A stretch of 64,000 bases of DNA, from assembly GCA_022703585.1 (NCBI GenBank), contig JAKLDJ010000003.1:270250-334249 (forward strand), written 5' to 3'. This DNA comes from Candidatus Omnitrophota bacterium. GTDB taxonomy: Bacteria; Omnitrophota; Gorgyraeia; Zapsychrales; JAKLDJ01. The notes beneath the pieces are model-generated. The model did not search any database. It was not told the origin of the DNA and saw only the letters and a program-made list of their open reading frames with translations. Made by a program: the position numbers and the translations under genes. This document shows positions 8,389 through 16,757 of this stretch, piece by piece. Numbering within the stretch: the first letter of the stretch is position 1; every line of letters begins with the position of its first letter.

Positions 8389-9545
8389 GAAAAGAAATCG
8401 AAGCCTTAGAAGATAAAATCCTGGCTCCTTATGCGATGAAGAGCAAGGATTCTTCCGGCCGCGTCTACGCGGAGCCTGACCACGAGACCAGGACATGCTA
8501 TCAAAGAGACCGGGACCGCATTGTCCATAGCGAGGCGTTTCGTAAGCTCGAATACAAAACCCAGGTCTTTATCATCTATGAAGGCGATTATTATCGGACC
8601 CGGCTGACGCATACGCTGGAAGTCGCGCAAATCGCCAGGACGATTGGGCGCAATTTGCGGCTAAACGAAGACCTCATCGAGGCGATTGCCCTGGCGCATG
8701 ATTTGGGCCATCCGCCTTTCGGGCATGCGGGCGAACGAACCTTAAACGATATCATGAAAGAGGCGGGGCTAAAGGCGTTTAACCACAATCAGCGCAGTTT
8801 TGAAATCGTAACTAAATTCGAAAAGCGCTACCCTCATTTTGACGGCCTGAATCTTACCCTGGAAGTTTTGGTGGGTATTTTAAAACATAAAACTATCTAT
8901 GACGTGCCGGAGGTGACGAATAAGACTATCCAAGAGGGTCCGACCTTAGAGGCCCAGGTAGTCGATGTCGCCGATTCGCTGGCGTACCTGAATCACGATA
9001 TTGACGACGGGTTGACCTCAGGCTGCATTGTTGAAAATGATTTGATGGATAGCGCTTTGTGGCGCAGGGCCTTGGACAGGCTTAAGACTGCCTCAGCTAC
9101 GACCGATAAGGAAATGTTGAAGTATCAAATCGTTAAAGAGCTGATCGATATGCAGGCCAAAGACCTGTTATTTAATTCCGATCAGATGATAGGAGAGGCA
9201 AATTTTCAGTCTGCCCAAGAGGTGAAAAAGAGCAAGAAAGTCGTCATCGGGTTTAGTAGTCAAATGGCTGCCGAACGAGATGAGCTGCAAAGGCTGGTGC
9301 ATGAGAAGTTTTATTGTCATTATCGTGTCGAGCGCATGATTTCCAAGGCGCAAAGGATTATTAAAGATATTTTTAAGGTCTACAAAGAGAATCCGAATCA
9401 GCTGCCGTATTCGGTTTATCAGAGAAACAAGAAGTACGACGATAAAACGCAGTACGAAATTATTTGCAATTATATCGCGGGAATGACCGACAGGTTTGCC
9501 TTAGATGAGCATAAAAAACTCTTCAACCCATACGAAAAAGTATAG
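8379..9545 (+). CDS. dgt: dGTPase-like dNTP triphosphohydrolase (HD domain)
   Basis: 388 aa. YQRDRDRIVHSEAFRKL, RLTHTLEVAQIAR and HDLGHPPFGHAGE are hallmark Dgt motifs. Overlaps the HIT gene by 10 nt. Confidence 0.85.
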   Translation: MQVRKEIEALEDKILAPYAMKSKDSSGRVYAEPDHETRTCYQRDRDRIVHSEAFRKLEYKTQVFIIYEGDYYRTRLTHTLEVAQIARTIGRNLRLNEDLIEAIALAHDLGHPPFGHAGERTLNDIMKEAGLKAFNHNQRSFEIVTKFEKRYPHFDGLNLTLEVLVGILKHKTIYDVPEVTNKTIQEGPTLEAQVVDVADSLAYLNHDIDDGLTSGCIVENDLMDSALWRRALDRLKTASATTDKEMLKYQIVKELIDMQAKDLLFNSDQMIGEANFQSAQEVKKSKKVVIGFSSQMAAERDELQRLVHEKFYCHYRVERMISKAQRIIKDIFKVYKENPNQLPYSVYQRNKKYDDKTQYEIICNYIAGMTDRFALDEHKKLFNPYEKV

Positions 9546-10575
9546 ACTGGTTCTCTCCGCCGTACACATGGTGTACCGGCTGGTGAATTCCACTTTTAAC
9601 GCCAAGGAGCTTCTTCTGCGGCTCACCCGCTTGGTCTGCCAAATCCTTCACGCCAGTTCAGCCTGGGTGTATTTGTTAGACCCGGAGAGCAAAAAGATTA
9701 TCTTTATCGCGGTCTTTAACGGTAAGATCAATATCCTTAAAGAAAAGAAGGAGGAGCTTTCCGAAATTCCCGTCCAGGAAAAAGCGGTTACCGAAGGATC
9801 GACCTTTATCCAGAAACACCTGGTTGGTTTGCCCCTGGTTGCCGATGACAATGTCGGCGCCATTTTTATTGCCCGCAAAAAGGGTGAGCCTGCCTTTGAC
9901 GCATTCGACCGCGAAATATTATCCGTTATCGCCGAGCAATCGGTGATCGCGATTAAGAATCTGCAGCTCTATGACCAGCAGCAGGAAATTATCTTAGGGA
10001 GCATCAAGACCATCGGCAGGATGCTTGAGCAGCAAGGCAATGTCGTTTCCAGCCATGCGCCTGTTTATTTTAAAATTGTCCAGTGCCTGGCGGAGAAACT
10101 GGGTATGACCCAGTCTGAAATCGATTGCCTGCGCTATGCCAGCGTTCTTCACGATGCCGGCTCTCTGGATGTTCCTTATGAAAAGCTGTTAAAGTCGAGC
10201 CGGTTGACCGCCGAGGAATTTAAGGCCATCCGCAGTCACCCCGCCAGGACGGTTGAGCTCATTAAACCGGTCGAATTCTTAAAACCGATCTTGCCGATTA
10301 TTTTGTACCATCATGAGAAATATGACGGGACAGGATATCCGTCGGGGCTTAAAAAAGAACAGATTCCCTTGGGGGCGCGGGTGATGGCGATTATGGATGC
10401 CTTTGAGGCGATGACGCGCGGGCGTCCCTACAGAAAAAGGCTTTCCACCGACGCAGCGTTGTCGGAACTTAAAAGCAACAGCGGAACGCAGTTTGATCCT
10501 AGAATCGTTAATATATTTTGCGGGCTCTCAAAGCAAAAAAAGATTAGAAAGTACTTGAGTTTAATGAAACGCTAA
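9505..10575 (+). CDS. GAF-domain HD-GYP phosphodiesterase (c-di-GMP turnover)
   Basis: 356 aa. N-terminal GAF-like region, then an HD domain with HHEKYDGTGYP (HD-GYP signature). The true start may be the internal ATG near 9568. Confidence 0.75.
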   Translation: MSIKNSSTHTKKYRLVLSAVHMVYRLVNSTFNAKELLLRLTRLVCQILHASSAWVYLLDPESKKIIFIAVFNGKINILKEKKEELSEIPVQEKAVTEGSTFIQKHLVGLPLVADDNVGAIFIARKKGEPAFDAFDREILSVIAEQSVIAIKNLQLYDQQQEIILGSIKTIGRMLEQQGNVVSSHAPVYFKIVQCLAEKLGMTQSEIDCLRYASVLHDAGSLDVPYEKLLKSSRLTAEEFKAIRSHPARTVELIKPVEFLKPILPIILYHHEKYDGTGYPSGLKKEQIPLGARVMAIMDAFEAMTRGRPYRKRLSTDAALSELKSNSGTQFDPRIVNIFCGLSKQKKIRKYLSLMKR

Positions 10576-10591
10576 ACTTATAATAGAATTC

Positions 10592-11200
10592 ATGCGTATC
10601 AATTATAAGCAATCTCAATTCGAATTATTTCCTGACGCAATAGAAGGCGCCGAAAAAGACATCCGTCCCAGGCATTTCTTTTCGAGCCTGACGTTTTCCT
10701 TTGAGAATATCGTCATATCGGGCATTTTTATTTTGATGGCGATTGTTATTGCTTTCTCTCTGGGGGTTGAAAAAGGTAAGGGGATAGGTGCGATTGCCCT
10801 GCCTGTTTCTCAACCCAGGCAGATTTCTGTCGCGCGGGAGGGCAATGTCGCGCTCAACCCCGCTCAGGCTGCTGCAGCCCCGGTCGCATCGTCCATCCGC
10901 AGCAGCGTCCCGGTGGCTATCACCGAACCTAAAAGAAATGAAAACACCAAAGAGGAGCTGACTCAGCCCGTGGAAATAGCCAGCGGGGCTTATACCATCC
11001 AGGTTGCCTCTTTTAAGAGCAAGGACTATGCCCAAAAAGAAGCTGGCGCTTTGAAAAAAAACGGCTATAATAGCTTGATTATCCCGAAGAAAAACCACCT
11101 GATTGTTTGTGTGGGTAAATTCTCGGGTAAAGATCAGGCTCAAGTTGTTCTAACGCAACTTAAGAAAAAATATAAAGATTGCATGATAAGGAGATTATAA
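10592..11200 (+). CDS. SPOR-domain membrane protein (FtsN/DedD-like septal peptidoglycan binder)
   Basis: 202 aa. N-terminal TM (ISGIFILMAIVIAFSLGV), Ala/Pro linker, C-terminal SPOR fold (YTIQVASFKSKDYAQKEAGALKKNGYNSLII...VCVGKFSGKDQA). Confidence 0.7.
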   Translation: MRINYKQSQFELFPDAIEGAEKDIRPRHFFSSLTFSFENIVISGIFILMAIVIAFSLGVEKGKGIGAIALPVSQPRQISVAREGNVALNPAQAAAAPVASSIRSSVPVAITEPKRNENTKEELTQPVEIASGAYTIQVASFKSKDYAQKEAGALKKNGYNSLIIPKKNHLIVCVGKFSGKDQAQVVLTQLKKKYKDCMIRRL

Positions 11201-11201
11201 G

Positions 11202-11498
11202 ATGTCGCTTCATTCTTCGTTAAGAGTCGATTCTGCTACAGCGCAACAACGTTCGGTTCTTTCGCGTATCGAACGCATCAAAGATCTTATGAAAAAAGGT
11301 CTTTGGTCGGATGATAAAAGCCCCACAGGCCTGCCGAAGATAAGGATCATGAAGATCAAAGCGAAAAAGGCACCGAAGGCAGCTGCCGCTGCTGCTGAAA
11401 CTCCTGAGGGCGCCGCCGCTGCCGCACCCGGTGCAGCCCCGGCCAAGACACCCGCAGCCGCTGCACCCGCCGCCAAGGCCCCGAAGTCCAAAGAATGA
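11202..11498 (+). CDS. small basic protein with Lys/Ala/Pro-rich histone-H1-like tail
   Basis: 98 aa. Good SD (AAGGAG, 8 nt upstream). C-terminal 50 aa are AKP-rich low complexity (KAKKAPKAAAAAAETPEGAAAAAPGAAPAKTPAAAAPAAKAPKSKE). Confidence 0.55.
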   Translation: MSLHSSLRVDSATAQQRSVLSRIERIKDLMKKGLWSDDKSPTGLPKIRIMKIKAKKAPKAAAAAAETPEGAAAAAPGAAPAKTPAAAAPAAKAPKSKE

Positions 11499-12322
11499 TC
11501 AAGAAAGCCACTGTTTTCCTAGGTATCTTCTTTCTTTTTTGCGTTTCCGCCCGGACAGAAGAGAAATTTCCTTTTCTAGGCGAAATCACCGCCGACAAAG
11601 TCAATGTCCGCGCCGGCCCTAATTTAAATTTCGAGCAAGTTTGCCAAATGAATAAAGGCCAAGAAGTCCTTGTCTTGGAAAAAAGTTACGGTTGGTGCAA
11701 AATAAGGCTTCCTGACACGGCGAAGTGCTATATCAGCCCAAAATTTGTTACGCCTCGATTTGAGAATATCGGTGCCATTAACGCCAACCGCGTCAATATC
11801 CGCGCCGGGGCAGGTGAAAATTTCAGTGTTATCGGCCGGCTTGACAAAGGAGAGCGGGTTAGAATAAAAGGCCAGTCTCAAGGGTGGCATATCATAGAGC
11901 CTGTCGAGCGCAGTTACGCCTGGGTGCTGGAGAAGTTTGTTGTTTACAAATCCGATCAAATTCCGCCTGCCCGAGTTGTGGTTGAGCCTTCCAGGAATAT
12001 TTACGTAAAGAAAGCCGAAACGCCGGTTGCTGCCGAACAGGCCGCGCCGCCGCAACCGCCGCCGCAACCGGTTAAAAAAGAGTTTGAAAGTTTCTCCGCC
12101 ATCGGCATGCTTGAGGATGCGGGCAGGTTTTACCGTTCTAAAGATATCCGGCATAAATTGATTGTTGACGGCAAGACGGTTTATTACCTCCAGGGTGATC
12201 ATCAGCTATTGAATCGCTGGGTACATTATCCGGTTAAAGTTGAGGGCACAATCAAGAAAGACCCGGCCGGTATCTATAAATACGCGGTTATCTCGGTTAC
12301 AAAAATCGGATCTGCGCCATGA
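11495..12322 (+). CDS. secreted protein with two bacterial SH3 (SH3b) domains
   Basis: 275 aa. Signal peptide, then two repeats of the VNVRAGP...G.V.V...GW.KI pattern, a Pro/Ala linker and a C-terminal domain. Confidence 0.6.
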   Translation: MIKKATVFLGIFFLFCVSARTEEKFPFLGEITADKVNVRAGPNLNFEQVCQMNKGQEVLVLEKSYGWCKIRLPDTAKCYISPKFVTPRFENIGAINANRVNIRAGAGENFSVIGRLDKGERVRIKGQSQGWHIIEPVERSYAWVLEKFVVYKSDQIPPARVVVEPSRNIYVKKAETPVAAEQAAPPQPPPQPVKKEFESFSAIGMLEDAGRFYRSKDIRHKLIVDGKTVYYLQGDHQLLNRWVHYPVKVEGTIKKDPAGIYKYAVISVTKIGSAP

Positions 12323-12936
12323 GCATGAGTATTATCGGATTTGCGGCTATCATTCTCGTTTTCTTTTATTCCGTTATCCTTCATGAAATTGCCCACGGTT
12401 TCGTTGCCTACCGGCTGGGAGATCCTACTGCCAAACTCGCGGGGCGTTTGACCCTGAATCCTCTTAAGCACGTTGATCCCCTAGGAACGATAATTTTACC
12501 GGCGGTATTGCTTTTTATAAATTCATCGATTATTTTCGGATGGGCTAAGCCGGTTCCGATTAACTTTATGAATTTGCGCCATCCTAAGCGCGATATCATG
12601 TGGGTGGGCATTTCCGGCCCGTTGACCAATATCCTTCTGGCAGTTTTGTTTAGCCAATTTTTAAGGCTTGATCTGGCGCTGCCGTATATCCAAATTATTA
12701 AGCTTGCGGTTACGATTAATCTGATATTGGCGATATTTAATCTTATCCCTATTCCGCCGCTGGATGGCTCTCGCCTGGTTTTTAGCTTGTTGCCTTCAAA
12801 GTATGCGTATCTTTACGGCCGAATGGAGAATTACGGAATTCTGATTGTTTTGGCATTGTTGTATTTGGGGCTTTTGGACCGTGTTGTCTGGCCCTTGGTT
12901 AATATCGCGGGTTATTATTTGGGATTGGGGACTTAA
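12319..12936 (+). CDS. M50-family site-2 protease-like membrane zinc metalloprotease
   Basis: 205 aa polytopic. HEIAHG (HExxH) in TM1 and a LDG motif in a later TM. Confidence 0.7.
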   Translation: MSMSIIGFAAIILVFFYSVILHEIAHGFVAYRLGDPTAKLAGRLTLNPLKHVDPLGTIILPAVLLFINSSIIFGWAKPVPINFMNLRHPKRDIMWVGISGPLTNILLAVLFSQFLRLDLALPYIQIIKLAVTINLILAIFNLIPIPPLDGSRLVFSLLPSKYAYLYGRMENYGILIVLALLYLGLLDRVVWPLVNIAGYYLGLGT

Positions 12937-14021
12937 TGCAGACGGTCAACGTTAGCCTAAAACATAATAGCTATAAAATCTGTATCGGTTGCCGGGTCTT
13001 GCCGCAATTGGGAAAATTGTTGCGCGCGTTATCGATAGGTCAGGACGCGGTTATTATCACCAATGGTTATATCAATAAACTATACGGCAAAGCGGTGGTA
13101 TCGATCTTAAAGAAGAGTGGTTTTTCCGCCAAGGTTTTTCTCGTTCCTGACAGCGAAGAAAGCAAATCGGCCGATGTTGTCTTTGATCTTATTAAAAAGA
13201 TTGCCGCGTATGATGTCAAAAAGAATATCTTTATTATTGCATTTGGCGGGGGTGTCGTAGGTGACGCGGCCGGTTTTGTGGCATCAATGTATAAACGAGG
13301 GATTCCCTATATCCAGGTGCCGACGACCCTTTTGGCCCAAATTGATTCTGCGATCGGCGGAAAAGTAGCAATTGATTTATCCGTTGGCAAGAATCTGGTG
13401 GGGGCATTTTATCAGCCCCGGCTCGTCTTAAGCGATACGGCTCTACTAGCGACTCTGGATAAAAGACAAATTCGAAACGGCTTAGCCGAGGCGGTGAAAT
13501 ATGGCGTTATCCGCGATAGGCGGCTATTTAATTATATTTCAAATAATTATAAGAAACTTTTGTCCTGTGATTTAAAGGCACTGGCGGAAGTTGTCCGGTG
13601 TTGCAGTAAAATTAAGGCGGGGGTTGTTTCCGCGGACGAGAAAGAAAGAAAAGGAATCCGCACTATTCTCAATTTTGGCCATACACTCGGGCATGCGATT
13701 GAAACAGCCGGGGGCTACAGGCGTTATCATCACGGTGAGGCCATTGCCCTGGGGATGCGTATTGCGGCGGATATATCCTGCCGTTTGGGGGTAATGAAAG
13801 AAGGGGATAGCCTTCGGTTGGGGCAATTGTTGTCCAGCATAGGATTGCCGTCAGCAATCAAAGGCGTGAGGGCGTCGGATATAACCGAAGCCGTTTCGCA
13901 TGATAAGAAATTCAGAGACCGGAAAAATCGTTTTGTGTTGCCTACCAAAATCGGGCAAGTCCGTATCGTTGAAGGGGTGCCCATCGGGATTATCACGCAA
14001 GTTATCAAGACCTACCTGTAA
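12936..14021 (+). CDS. aroB: 3-dehydroquinate synthase
   Basis: 361 aa. NAD-binding GGGVVGDAAGFVA and metal-site HGEA / LNFGHT motifs typical of AroB. Confidence 0.85.
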   Translation: MQTVNVSLKHNSYKICIGCRVLPQLGKLLRALSIGQDAVIITNGYINKLYGKAVVSILKKSGFSAKVFLVPDSEESKSADVVFDLIKKIAAYDVKKNIFIIAFGGGVVGDAAGFVASMYKRGIPYIQVPTTLLAQIDSAIGGKVAIDLSVGKNLVGAFYQPRLVLSDTALLATLDKRQIRNGLAEAVKYGVIRDRRLFNYISNNYKKLLSCDLKALAEVVRCCSKIKAGVVSADEKERKGIRTILNFGHTLGHAIETAGGYRRYHHGEAIALGMRIAADISCRLGVMKEGDSLRLGQLLSSIGLPSAIKGVRASDITEAVSHDKKFRDRKNRFVLPTKIGQVRIVEGVPIGIITQVIKTYL

Positions 14022-14062
14022 ATCTGATTATTTTCTGGAACGCTAAAGCAGGATGTAAAAAG

Positions 14063-14106
14063 CCAGCGCCAAAATCACTTCTTTAAAGAAGTGATTTTGG
14101 CGCTGG
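14063..14106. terminator. perfect 44-bp palindrome (22-bp arms) between convergent genes; bidirectional intrinsic terminator
   Basis: CCAGCGCCAAAATCACTTCTTT|AAAGAAGTGATTTTGGCGCTGG is exactly self-complementary. A T5 tract follows on the minus strand (revcomp of GTAAAAAG). Lies between the aroB stop and the minus-strand gene stop. Confidence 0.7.
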
Positions 14107-14162
14107 TGAATCTATCCTCTAAGCGGATATGCGTTTTTTAATCGGATAAGCTTGGAAAGGGC

Positions 14163-14630
14163 CTATTGTGTTTTTAAGACGACAACCTGCCCCTTGTCAA
14201 AAATTTCCACTTTGTCAATTTCGATACTAAGCACTCTTTTCTCGCCGATATAATCGCCCTCTTTTAGGATTTGGTTGTTGATCAGGGCAAGCCGGTCTGT
14301 TCCCATGGTAATGATGCCGTTAAGAACCAGGGCGTCGGCGGAGTTTTGAGCCTGTGCCGAATTGGGGGCCGCAGAGGGAAACAGTGTTATGGATCCTTTT
14401 TTTGCAGTTTCTTTGTTGTCGGAATCGTTATTGCCGGTGGATGCGGTCGGGGCAGCTTGATTTCTGGAAAACATGATAAAGGCAAATATCGTTCCGCAGC
14501 CAAGGAAACCCAAGAAAATTAAGACAGTAGCAACCCAGAGGGTAGGGTTCTTCTTTAAGGGCTGCGGGAGGGTTTCGTTCTTCTGAATGCCGGTCTGTGT
14601 TTTCTTTAAAGCTTCGTTAATTATGCTCAT
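14163..14630 (-). CDS. GspB/PilP-like membrane protein (partner of ExeA-like ATPase)
   Basis: 155 aa. One TM (LWVATVLIFLGFLGCGTIFAFIMF), a Ser/Ala/Asn-rich linker, and a C-terminal beta-domain (LVLNGIITMGTDRLALINNQILKEGDYIG) resembling PilP/GspB C-domains. Immediately downstream of the ExeA-like gene. Confidence 0.45.
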   Translation of the reverse strand: MSIINEALKKTQTGIQKNETLPQPLKKNPTLWVATVLIFLGFLGCGTIFAFIMFSRNQAAPTASTGNNDSDNKETAKKGSITLFPSAAPNSAQAQNSADALVLNGIITMGTDRLALINNQILKEGDYIGEKRVLSIEIDKVEIFDKGQVVVLKTQ

Positions 14631-14641
14631 AGGGTCACCTG

Positions 14642-15442
14642 TTATCGGATTTCCTCAATACATTTTTTTATAACGTTGTAATCAATCGTAAAAGTCTCAG
14701 AAACATAGCCTGCTAAAAGGGCCCGGTCGCAAATAATATTGATAAGCCGGGGGGTGCCCCCTGAATAAAGAAAGATTTCTCCAATAGCTTCCTGAGTAAA
14801 GGTAAGCTTGTCGGTTGCCCCGGCGATCTTAAGCCTATGATATATATAATCTTCCAGCTCTTTCTTTTCCAAAGGGAGAATGTGATACCGGACACAAACC
14901 CTTTGGTTGAGCTGGCGCAAAGAGGGGAGTTTTAATTTGTCCATCAGTTCGGGCTGACCCACGAGGATGATTTGGAGCAGTTTCTCTTTTTCGGTTTCCA
15001 GGTTGGAAAGAAGCCGTACTTGTTCCAGTTGGCTCTCTTTAAGATTCTGGGCCTCATCGACGATGAGGACGATATTGTTTCCCCGTTTTGTTTCCTCCAT
15101 GAGAAAATCATTGAGGACGCCGATCAAGGCAGCTTTATTTTTCTGTTTTGTGACAATGCCTAAATCTTTCACAATAAGCTGTAATAATTGGACTTCGGAG
15201 AAATTAGGATAGAGGATAAATGCTGTTTTCGTCTTGCTGTCGAGCGTATTTAACAGGGCCCGGCAAAGGGTGGTTTTTCCGGTTCCGATTTCGCCGGTTA
15301 TAATGAGAATTCCTTTCCGTTGCTCAACCCCGTAGACCAGGTGGGAAAAGGCCTCTCGGTGATGAGTGCTGGAGAAAAAGAAGGCAGGATCCGAAGTAAC
15401 GTTAAAAGGGTTCTCTTTTAGGGAATAAAACTGCTTATACAT
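14642..15442 (-). CDS. ExeA/GspA/MshM-like AAA+ ATPase (short form without peptidoglycan-binding domain)
   Basis: 266 aa. N-terminus MYKQFYSLKENPFNVTSDPAFFF and Walker A ITGEIGTGKTTLCRAL match ExeA/GspA closely. Walker B IVLIVDEAQ. Confidence 0.8.
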   Translation of the reverse strand: MYKQFYSLKENPFNVTSDPAFFFSSTHHREAFSHLVYGVEQRKGILIITGEIGTGKTTLCRALLNTLDSKTKTAFILYPNFSEVQLLQLIVKDLGIVTKQKNKAALIGVLNDFLMEETKRGNNIVLIVDEAQNLKESQLEQVRLLSNLETEKEKLLQIILVGQPELMDKLKLPSLRQLNQRVCVRYHILPLEKKELEDYIYHRLKIAGATDKLTFTQEAIGEIFLYSGGTPRLINIICDRALLAGYVSETFTIDYNVIKKCIEEIR

Positions 15443-15571
15443 TTTTCAAATTATAACATCACAAGTGTCTTTGGTAAAGCGAATAAAAGGGATGAAGTTG
15501 CTGTAAAATGCTGGAAGGATGTGTTATACTTAAAATAGGAAAGAAGAAATCTCCTACAAAGCGGAGAAAAA

Positions 15572-15931
15572 ATGTTAGGTGTGCACGCAAACGATCAGGC
15601 AGTCGAGAAAAGGCACTTCCTTCGCGCCCGGTATAACGAGCCGGTTCGGTACCACTTTAGAGATTCCGGCAAGTTCGGAGGTTGTGTTGCGCGTGACATA
15701 AGCGAAGGCGGGATCCGGTTAGACCTTGATGACTTTGTTCCCTTAAATAGCGAGATGATCCTACAGATGAAATTTCATGACTCCCCTATGACGACGGATG
15801 TTAAGGGGAGAGTTGTGTGGTTGCAGCAGGTCCCCTACTCAGACCGCTATCATGTAGGCTTTCAGTTCGTCGAGACAAATCCCCTTGCCAAAGAAGGAAT
15901 CCGCAATTACGTTAAATCACATCGATTCTAA
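15572..15931 (+). CDS. stand-alone PilZ-domain c-di-GMP receptor
   Basis: 119 aa. RHFLR (RxxxR) and ARDISEGGIRL (DxSxxG) motifs. Confidence 0.7.
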   Translation: MLGVHANDQAVEKRHFLRARYNEPVRYHFRDSGKFGGCVARDISEGGIRLDLDDFVPLNSEMILQMKFHDSPMTTDVKGRVVWLQQVPYSDRYHVGFQFVETNPLAKEGIRNYVKSHRF

Positions 15932-15986
15932 TTAAAAACAACCTAATTATAATGGTATTTATACAATGAAAGGAGTATAATATCCC

Positions 15987-16145
15987 CATGGTTGAACAAA
16001 AAAGTGCCCCTGTGGCGGAACCGATCAAGAACTGTGCCGGTTGCAATAAGCCTTTAAAAAAGGCCAAACGGTATTACTGTAACGGCAAATATTATTGCAA
16101 CAAGCGCTGTTATAAAAAGGCCGGTGAGGCTGAAGCGGCTCCTAA
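15987..16145 (+). CDS. Cys4 zinc-ribbon mini-protein (52 aa), not in ORF track
   Basis: Hand-translated: MVEQKSAPVAEPIKNCAGCNKPLKKAKRYYCNGKYYCNKRCYKKAGEAEAAP. Strong SD AAAGGAG 12 nt upstream. CxxC...C...C...C spacing. Sits between the two PilZ genes. Confidence 0.5.
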
Positions 16146-16161
16146 AAAGGAGTAATCTTCC

Positions 16162-16533
16162 TTGGATCACATGATTCACGAGAGACGTAAACACCCTCGT
16201 ATAGAAAAGAATATTCCCGTTAAAATAAGCGGCGAAGAATTTGATATCGTTACCGAGACCAGGAACCTGAGTTGTGCCGGGGCCTATTGTCAGGTCAATC
16301 GGTATCTTGAGCCGATGAGTAAGTTAAAGATTCATCTTCTTCTTCCGTTTAGAAAGGCGAAAAAGGTTGTCACCAAGAAAGTAACCTGCCAAGGAGTTGT
16401 TGTCCGCATCGAGCACCAGTCGGGCGTCGAGAGCTTTAACGTGGCCATCTACTTTAACGAAATACGCGCCAGAGACGCTAAGACGATCGCAGAATACGTG
16501 AATTCAGGGTCCGCGCAGAAGAAAGCAGAATAA
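16162..16533 (+). CDS. stand-alone PilZ-domain c-di-GMP receptor
   Basis: 123 aa. RRKHPR (RxxxR) and TRNLSCAGAY (NxSxxG) motifs. Confidence 0.7.
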   Translation: MDHMIHERRKHPRIEKNIPVKISGEEFDIVTETRNLSCAGAYCQVNRYLEPMSKLKIHLLLPFRKAKKVVTKKVTCQGVVVRIEHQSGVESFNVAIYFNEIRARDAKTIAEYVNSGSAQKKAE

Positions 16534-16570
16534 GAAATCCAATCCCCGAAAGAGAAAAGGGTCTCAAGAA

Positions 16571-16732
16571 ATGGAAAATGCTATTAATGTAAGCCTCACG
16601 CCGATTCAGCTGTACATCTCGCTTGCGATTCAAATCTGGCTTGTTGTTGTCTTTCCCGTTATCGTGATTCGAAAGCTTAATCACCTCTCTGAGCTGTTGG
16701 AGGGGCGTGACAGCGCAGATCAAGATTCTTAA
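16571..16732 (+). CDS. possible 53-aa single-TM mini-protein
   Basis: Hand-translated MENAINVSLTPIQLYISLAIQIWLVVVFPVIVIRKLNHLSELLEGRDSADQDS. Weak SD. Not in ORF track. Confidence 0.25.
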   Translation: MENAINVSLTPIQLYISLAIQIWLVVVFPVIVIRKLNHLSELLEGRDSADQDS

Positions 16733-16757
16733 AAAGGGATCTTGAAGGTATCTCTCG

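Noticed and set aside
11210-11622. Three overlapping ORFs (11210-11491 minus, 11356-11604 minus, 11431-11622 plus) across the Ala/Pro-codon repeat
   Set aside because: They are generated by GC-rich GCN/CCN repeats on both strands. The plus-strand 11202-11498 ORF has the SD and a coherent N-terminus. The others lack starts with RBS and are low-complexity artefacts.
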